Positions 6,009 through 11,412 of a stretch of 11,412 nt of DNA are shown here, in pieces. The notes under the pieces were generated by a model. It had not been told where the DNA came from. It did no database searches and saw only the letters and a program-made list of their open reading frames with translations. Numbering within the stretch: position 1 is the stretch's first letter; every line of letters begins with the position of its first letter. Origin of the DNA: an uncultured Deferribacteres bacterium (GTDB taxonomy: Bacteria; Zhuqueibacterota; Zhuqueibacteria; Zhuqueibacterales; Geothermadaptataceae); the NCBI GenBank assembly GCA_964014485.1, contig CAXHAT010000229.1:1-11412 (forward strand), in the 5' to 3' direction. The translations under genes and the position numbers were made by a program.

Positions 6009-7765
6009 CGGCCTGGTTGGTGAGCCTTTTCGACCCTGCGGCGCCCTCAGTCATTTTTCTTAACATCGTCGCCAAATCGACGATTATCTTCCTGGTCGCA
6101 GCAACGGTGAACGTTTTCCTGCAACGCGTCTCCGCATCAGTTCGCCACTGGGTTTGGACGCTCGCCTTTTTGGGCATAATTCTCACGCCGTTTCTTTCTT
6201 CATTCACGCCGCAAAAAACCATCGCATTGCCGGAGACGGCGTTTGAAAAAAGCGCGCCTGTCAAAACCTCAAAAAATGAATCGCCGCCGCGTACCGAAAC
6301 AAAATTTCAACGCAAAGATTCTGCTGAAACCGCCCAACATCCGGCGCCGTCGACTGAGCGGCCTGCCCAACCGATTGCAGATTTCCAGACGCTCGACGCA
6401 AAGAGCGTTTTTTTCACGATTTGGCTTGCGGGGGCCGCGCTTCTGCTGCTTCGTCTGCTCTTCGATCTGTCTGTGCTCGCGTTTATCAGTCATCGGGGCG
6501 CCAGACCCCGGACCTCGGCATGGTCGCGGGATTTGCGTGTGTTTAAATCGCGTTTAAATATTAAGCGAACGATTCGAATCGCCACGAGCAGCGTGGTTGA
6601 ATTCCCGCTGACCGCAGGCGTTTTTCGTCCGGTGATTTTGATTCCCGAACACGCGGAAAAATGGGACGCCGAGCAGCGCCAGATGACGTTGCAACATGAG
6701 TTGGCGCACATCAAACGCTTTGATTTTCTGAGCAATATTCTGGCGCAAATGGTCTGCGCCGCGCTCTGGTTTCACCCTCTGGCATGGTTCGCCAAACGCC
6801 GTTTGCAGATCGAGCGTGAAAAAGCTTGCGACGACTACGTTTTGCGTTCCGGCGCCCGTTGGAACGACTACGCTTCCTGCCTGGTCGAAATCGCCAGAAA
6901 ATCCCCGTTTCGACAAAAATTTGCGCCGCGCGTCGTCGGGATGGCGCACCAGGCAGAACTCAAAATCCGGTTAAAATCGATCTTGAAACCTGGAACGCCG
7001 CGCCGGGGACTGAGCGTCGCCGCTTCTCTCTCAACCGCCGCTTTCGCACTCGGCGTCATGCTGAGTCTGGCGTTTTTTAAGTTGGAAAAAACAGTCGCAA
7101 GCATTGCGGGAGACGTTCAAGATCAAGTCTCAGAATTCAATGTCAAAAATGACTCTGCATTGGCGTCGCACGGTTTTGACACGCGATCTTTCGCATCCCT
7201 CTCGACGGCGCTCAAACACAAATCACCCGACGTACGCGCTGAAGCGACGTTGGCGCTCGGCGAATTGCATGATGAGCGTGCAATAAAAAACCTGGTCGCG
7301 ATGCTGAAAGACGACAACGCGCAGGTTCGGGCGAGCGCTTTGAACGGATTGGCGCAATTCGGCAAAAGAAAGAATTTCCACGACGTTTTGCCTTTTGTTT
7401 TAGCAAAAGGCCCGAAAGTGCGCGCAGCATCGATGAACGTTTTGAGCGCCATCGGCTGCGAGCCGGCGTTTATCGCGATCTCGCACTTGTTAGATGATGA
7501 AAATCCAAAAGTTAGAGCCGCCGCCGTACGCGGATTAAGACCGTACGAGCGCTGGCTCTTTTCCAAGCCGCTTTTTCATTTCGAGAAAGAGCAAGCATCG
7601 ATCAATCGTCGTTCTCTCTCGAAAGTAATCCCTCGCTTCGATTCGCGCAGCGCGCAGGAAATGCTTGAAGACTTGCTTGAAAACGACCCTTCTCCGGCAG
7701 TTCGCCAGGAAGTCGTCGAGGTATTGCATCATCAAGGAATAATTATTCGCAGCAACAAAATTTAA
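6005..7765 (+). CDS. BlaR1/MecR1-type M56 metallopeptidase with C-terminal HEAT repeats (586 aa)
   Basis: N-terminal TMs, SASVRHWVW, P...G.FRP.ILIP, zinc motif HELAH, WFHPLAW, EREKACDD, YASCL; C-terminal L.D.N..VRA.A...L repeats. Confidence 0.93.
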   Translation: MTAWLVSLFDPAAPSVIFLNIVAKSTIIFLVAATVNVFLQRVSASVRHWVWTLAFLGIILTPFLSSFTPQKTIALPETAFEKSAPVKTSKNESPPRTETKFQRKDSAETAQHPAPSTERPAQPIADFQTLDAKSVFFTIWLAGAALLLLRLLFDLSVLAFISHRGARPRTSAWSRDLRVFKSRLNIKRTIRIATSSVVEFPLTAGVFRPVILIPEHAEKWDAEQRQMTLQHELAHIKRFDFLSNILAQMVCAALWFHPLAWFAKRRLQIEREKACDDYVLRSGARWNDYASCLVEIARKSPFRQKFAPRVVGMAHQAELKIRLKSILKPGTPRRGLSVAASLSTAAFALGVMLSLAFFKLEKTVASIAGDVQDQVSEFNVKNDSALASHGFDTRSFASLSTALKHKSPDVRAEATLALGELHDERAIKNLVAMLKDDNAQVRASALNGLAQFGKRKNFHDVLPFVLAKGPKVRAASMNVLSAIGCEPAFIAISHLLDDENPKVRAAAVRGLRPYERWLFSKPLFHFEKEQASINRRSLSKVIPRFDSRSAQEMLEDLLENDPSPAVRQEVVEVLHHQGIIIRSNKI

Positions 7766-7786
7766 CCTGCCCCTCAGGAAATCATC

Positions 7787-7809
7787 AAAGCCCTTCGCGG
7801 GCTTTTTTT
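7787..7809 (+). terminator. Intrinsic terminator after M56 gene
   Basis: AAAGCCC-TTCGC-GGGCTTT followed by a T run, about 20 nt after the stop. Confidence 0.7.
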
Positions 7810-7920
7810 AGACCGGTAGATGAAAAAATATTTTCATGAATTTGGAACTCAATTGAGTGTGACAGAACGATTAAGCGGCAAAACAAGTGTTTTCGAAAAA
7901 GTTCATTGTGTTTCTGAACA

Positions 7921-8166
7921 ACTGATGTTACGCGCGCCAGCGCATTTCCCGATATTCTAGCGTAAACATCGTCTCATTAGCGCCGGGCTTCAGCCCGGTG
8001 ACGAATGCAGCGTCCGACGTCTTCTCCTCCGCCGCGCAGGCGCGGCGGAGGAGAGAAGGGAAGCAGTCTTCAAAAGTCTCCGCTCTGAAGAGCGAAGCTA
8101 ATGAGAATCACAAACGACCCCGAAGCTTTCGTCGTGCATTCAAAACGTTGAGCGCGTAACATCAGT
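7921..8166. mobile_element. 246-bp MITE-like element with nested REP doublet and central GC hairpin
   Basis: Perfect 15-bp TIR ACTGATGTTACGCGC (7921-7935 / 8152-8166); inner IR TCTCATTAGC (7972-7981 / 8097-8106), each followed by a small hairpin; central 15-bp IR TCTCCTCCGCCGCGC (8023-8037 / 8040-8054). Confidence 0.72.
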
Positions 8167-8203
8167 GAATAATTGTTCTGTCAAAAAACGGTGACGGGCA
8201 AAA

Positions 8204-9115
8204 ATGAATATCAAATTCCTTACCCTCTTTGTCTTTCTAACTCTTCTTTTCGGTGTCAAGGCGCAAAATCGAGCGCGAGTCGAGGTCAAAATCGAAAAAA
8301 TCGCTTTTCAGAGCGGCGGAGAAACGTTGCGCGGCGATCTGCGACTGCCGATCAAACCGGGGCCGCATCCGGCGTTCGTGACGGTTCACGGCTCCGGCTA
8401 CACGACGCGGAACGGCCACTTTGTTAAGACGTTCGCTGAGCGTTTCTCACGGTTGGGATTCGCCGTCCTGACTTACGACAAGCGCGGAACGGGCGAATCC
8501 GAGGGCGAGCTGCCAAAAAGCAATAAATTCGGCATGCGCATTTTCGCCGATGACGCTATCGCGGCAATCAAATTTCTAAAAGAGCGCCCGGATATTGATT
8601 CGACGCAGATCGGCCTCGAAGGCGTAAGCCAAGCAGGTTGGATCATTCCGATGGCGGCGGTCGAGTCTGGGGACATCGCTTTCAACATCATCGTTTCCGG
8701 CCCAACGACGACGATTTTTGAAGAAGATTATTACAGCGATTTGACCGGCGACAACCAAGCCGTTCCGACAAATCTTCCCGCCGAAGAAATCGAAAAGCGC
8801 GTGCGTGAAAAAGGGCCGCGCGGCTTCGGAGCCCTGCCTTGGCTGAAAAGAATGAACATTCCGACGCTCTGGATTTATGGCGAGCTCGACCAAAGCATCC
8901 CGGTTTTTCTCTGTCTGGAAATGCTCGACAACTTAATCGAAAATGACGGCAAACCGTTCGAGTACAAGATTTTCGAAAACGCAAACCACGGCCTGAAAGT
9001 CGCGAAAACCGGCGGTCGCTGGGAACGTCCCGTTCCGCGCAAGACGGTTCCAGGTTATTTCGAAACGATGGAAGAATGGTTATTTCAGCGGATTAGTTTT
9101 AAAGAACAAAAATGA
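8204..9115 (+). CDS. Secreted alpha/beta hydrolase (serine aminopeptidase/S9-S15-like), 303 aa
   Basis: Signal-peptide-like N-terminus; VHGSG, YDKRGTGES, nucleophile GVSQAG, GELDQSIP (Asp), NANHGL (His). Confidence 0.92.
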   Translation: MNIKFLTLFVFLTLLFGVKAQNRARVEVKIEKIAFQSGGETLRGDLRLPIKPGPHPAFVTVHGSGYTTRNGHFVKTFAERFSRLGFAVLTYDKRGTGESEGELPKSNKFGMRIFADDAIAAIKFLKERPDIDSTQIGLEGVSQAGWIIPMAAVESGDIAFNIIVSGPTTTIFEEDYYSDLTGDNQAVPTNLPAEEIEKRVREKGPRGFGALPWLKRMNIPTLWIYGELDQSIPVFLCLEMLDNLIENDGKPFEYKIFENANHGLKVAKTGGRWERPVPRKTVPGYFETMEEWLFQRISFKEQK

Positions 9116-9152
9116 CGCTAAAAACCAACGACACATCTAAATCGAGAGTGAT

Positions 9153-10220
9153 TTAGTCCACCCGGTAAACCGTCGCCTTGCGTTCGCCGATTTTTTCGAG
9201 CGCGGCGATTTGCACCAAATGCTTCAAGTCTTTTTTCAGCGTGTGGATAGACGTTTCGGAAAAACTGTCGTGAATCTCCCCAACTTTGCAAGGGCCGTTC
9301 GCTTTGACGAATGTCAAAATTCGTTTTTGCCGCGGATTAAGATGTGACGCTTTCCGTAATTCGGTTTGCTGAAGCTTCAACTCGAGCTTCGTTGTTAAAG
9401 TTTGCAGAGATTTCAGAAAAAACAGCATCCAGTCGTCAATGATTTCCACTTCGGTGTTACGATGCTGATGCCCTGCCATCAACGCGGCGTAGTAAGATTT
9501 TTTGCGCTCTTCAATCAAATGCTCGAAGGAGATGTACTTGATGAAATTATACTCTTTTTTGAGCAGCAGAAAAGTTGTCAGCAAGCGGGAAAGTCTGCCG
9601 TTGCCGTCGTGGAATGGATGAATAGATAAGAATTCATAGATGAACAAGCCAATAACGATGAGCGGGTGAATTATCCGATCCTCGAGGCGCCGGTTCGTCC
9701 ATGCGATCACGCTTCGCATTTCTTCCGGAACAAGATGCGGTTCGGTAGTCTTGAAAATGACTTTTTGCGTTCCGTCGGGATAGGTCACGACGACTTTGTT
9801 TGTCAATTGTTTATAGTCGCCGCGCTGACGGTCGTCTTTTTTGCTGTGCTTGAGCACAATCCCGTGTAATTGTTTGATATAGTTTTCGGTGAGATCAATA
9901 TCACGGAAACTTTCCAAAATTATTTCGAGCGTCTCATAATAACCGGCGACTTCCTGAGCGTCTCTGGTCTCGAGTTTTGAGATTTCCAGCTTGGCAATCA
10001 GTTTTTTTACTTCATTGTCGGAAAGCGTCGCGCCTTCGATTCGCGTCGATGAGCCCACACTTTCAATCGTCGCGACAGTTCTCAATTCATTGAGAAAGGA
10101 AGCGTGCTGATTTTCCAGAACAGACCATCTTCCTTTCGATTCGTCAATCTTGGCGATCAGATTCAATATTTCATGAGCCGCGTTGGGATCGAATTGAATT
10201 TTAGCTTCAAAAGTATCCAT
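9153..10220 (-). CDS. Fic family protein (class II) with C-terminal winged HTH, 355 aa
   Basis: Canonical HPFHDGNGRLSR motif; N-terminal inhibitory motif STRIEG; C-terminal LNPRQKRIL...TLKKDLKHLV...GERKATVY wHTH. Confidence 0.95.
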   Translation of the reverse strand: MDTFEAKIQFDPNAAHEILNLIAKIDESKGRWSVLENQHASFLNELRTVATIESVGSSTRIEGATLSDNEVKKLIAKLEISKLETRDAQEVAGYYETLEIILESFRDIDLTENYIKQLHGIVLKHSKKDDRQRGDYKQLTNKVVVTYPDGTQKVIFKTTEPHLVPEEMRSVIAWTNRRLEDRIIHPLIVIGLFIYEFLSIHPFHDGNGRLSRLLTTFLLLKKEYNFIKYISFEHLIEERKKSYYAALMAGHQHRNTEVEIIDDWMLFFLKSLQTLTTKLELKLQQTELRKASHLNPRQKRILTFVKANGPCKVGEIHDSFSETSIHTLKKDLKHLVQIAALEKIGERKATVYRVD

Positions 10221-10288
10221 AAATTATTCATAACGTATTCAAAAACGACTGAAATTATCTATAACTTATCCATAAATTATTCATAATT
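10214..10288. promoter_or_regulatory. Two triplets of 11-nt direct repeats (TATYCATAA core) at and upstream of the fic start
   Basis: Units at 10214, 10225, 10236 and 10256, 10267, 10278; the 20-mer TATCCATAAATTATTCATAA occurs exactly twice. Confidence 0.6.
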
Positions 10289-10313
10289 CAAGTCGAAAGT
10301 TAGGAGGTCGAAC

Positions 10314-11412
10314 ATGCAGTTTCAACTAAAGTCCCCGCAATTTAAATCGGTTTTCGCTCTGTTTCTTTTTTGTGTACAACTGCCTTCTGGATTCAGCCAA
10401 TCCCAAAAACTCATGTATCCTGAAGCGAAGCGCGGCGATCAGGTTGACGTTTACCACGGTGTTGAAGTGGTCGACCCGTATCGCTGGATGGAAAACCTGG
10501 AGTCCGAAGAATTGCAAGCCTGGATGAAAGCGCAAGATAAATTGCTGACGGATTTTCTCAGCGACCGCAAACTGGTTGAGAAACTCGCGAACCGCATCCA
10601 CGAAATGACTTCCAGCGGCGCAACGCGCGGAATACCAAGGCGGCGCGGCAAGCGCACATTTTTTTCCGAGACGGATGCAGGGAAATCATTCAGCAAGCTC
10701 TATGTTGAAACGCCAAAAGGTCGAGAACCGAAATTACTGCTCAACTTTGAAGAACTCAACCAGGACGGGAAATCGGTTTCCACCAGTTCGTACAGCATGA
10801 ACGGCGAGTTCCTCACGATCAATACAGCAGAGAATCAGTCGCGCTGGCAAAGTCTGCGCATTATGCGTGTTGACGACGGTGAATGGCTGCCTGAGACGCT
10901 CACCGGATTTTATAGCGGGCGCAGTTCAATCGCCTGGTCGCCGAAAGAAGACGGTTTTTTTTATGGCAGGTACGATGTTCCCGACGATCCGCAAGCGCCG
11001 TTGGGCGAGGGCAAAATTTATTTTCATAAAATCGGAACGCCGCAATCACGAGACAAACTGATTCTCGAACGTCCGGACGCGCCGAATTTGAGCTATGGCC
11101 TGCGCACGACGCATGACGGCCATTACCTGATTTTCAGCGTGAACACGGACGGCGGCTCGTTCAACGGCATGTCGGATCGCATTTTTCACAAGAACCTGCG
11201 CAAGGCTGACAGCGAAGTCGTTGAGCTTTTCCCCGATGTTGATGCTGATTTTGCTTTTGAAGGCAGCGACGGCGGCAAGTTTCGTTTTCGCACCTCGCAC
11301 AACGCCCCAAATGCGCGACTGGTTGAAGTTGACGTCAAACGGTCGGCGCCGGAGCGGTGGAAAGAATTGATCGCCGAATCCGATGAACCGATGATGACGG
11401 CTGTCTCTTATA
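10314..11412 (+). CDS. Prolyl oligopeptidase (S9A) family, N-terminal beta-propeller portion, 3' end outside window
   Basis: ATG at 10314 with AGGAGG RBS; signal-peptide-like start, then YPEAKRGDQVDVYHGVEVVDPYRWME, IAWSPKEDGFFY, IYFHKIGTPQSRD. The catalytic domain is not visible in the window. Confidence 0.9.
   Translation, partial: MQFQLKSPQFKSVFALFLFCVQLPSGFSQSQKLMYPEAKRGDQVDVYHGVEVVDPYRWMENLESEELQAWMKAQDKLLTDFLSDRKLVEKLANRIHEMTSSGATRGIPRRRGKRTFFSETDAGKSFSKLYVETPKGREPKLLLNFEELNQDGKSVSTSSYSMNGEFLTINTAENQSRWQSLRIMRVDDGEWLPETLTGFYSGRSSIAWSPKEDGFFYGRYDVPDDPQAPLGEGKIYFHKIGTPQSRDKLILERPDAPNLSYGLRTTHDGHYLIFSVNTDGGSFNGMSDRIFHKNLRKADSEVVELFPDVDADFAFEGSDGGKFRFRTSHNAPNARLVEVDVKRSAPERWKELIAESDEPMMTAVSY

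Noticed and set aside
5616..7765. Beta-lactam resistance locus (blaI/blaR1/blaZ)
   Set aside because: No penicillin-binding sensor domain and no beta-lactamase in the window, so gene symbols were withheld.
10214..10288. DnaA boxes / replication origin
   Set aside because: All units deviate from TTATNCACA at the conserved C of position 8; no dnaA or rep context; one unit overlaps the fic start.
10326..11300. Short ORFs listed in 10326-11300
   Set aside because: They overlap the prolyl oligopeptidase CDS in other frames or on the opposite strand.

Overview
Bacterial accessory region with two long CDSs that are missing from the ORF track because they run off the window. Left half, all minus strand, read right to left: a 138-aa three-TM protein (4660-5076), a 74-aa CxxC..CxxC zinc-ribbon protein (4084-4308), a standalone GIY-YIG nuclease (3593-3880) embedded in an array of CGTC-type REP doublets (four copies on one side, one on the other), and a >=962-aa CHAT protease + STAND/NB-ARC-like NTPase + TPR protein (1-2887) whose 120-nt TPR units are near-identical except at two variable patches. 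Right half: BlaI-family repressor + BlaR1/M56 peptidase with HEAT repeats, a secreted alpha/beta hydrolase, a class II Fic-wHTH protein (minus) and the N-terminal part of a prolyl oligopeptidase. Most intergenic gaps carry a palindromic element, from at least four families, two of them nested. The best candidates for a poorly described system are (i) the TM + Zn-ribbon + CHAT-STAND-TPR module and (ii) the REP-flanked GIY-YIG cassette. All calls come from manual reading and motif recognition; no searches were run.
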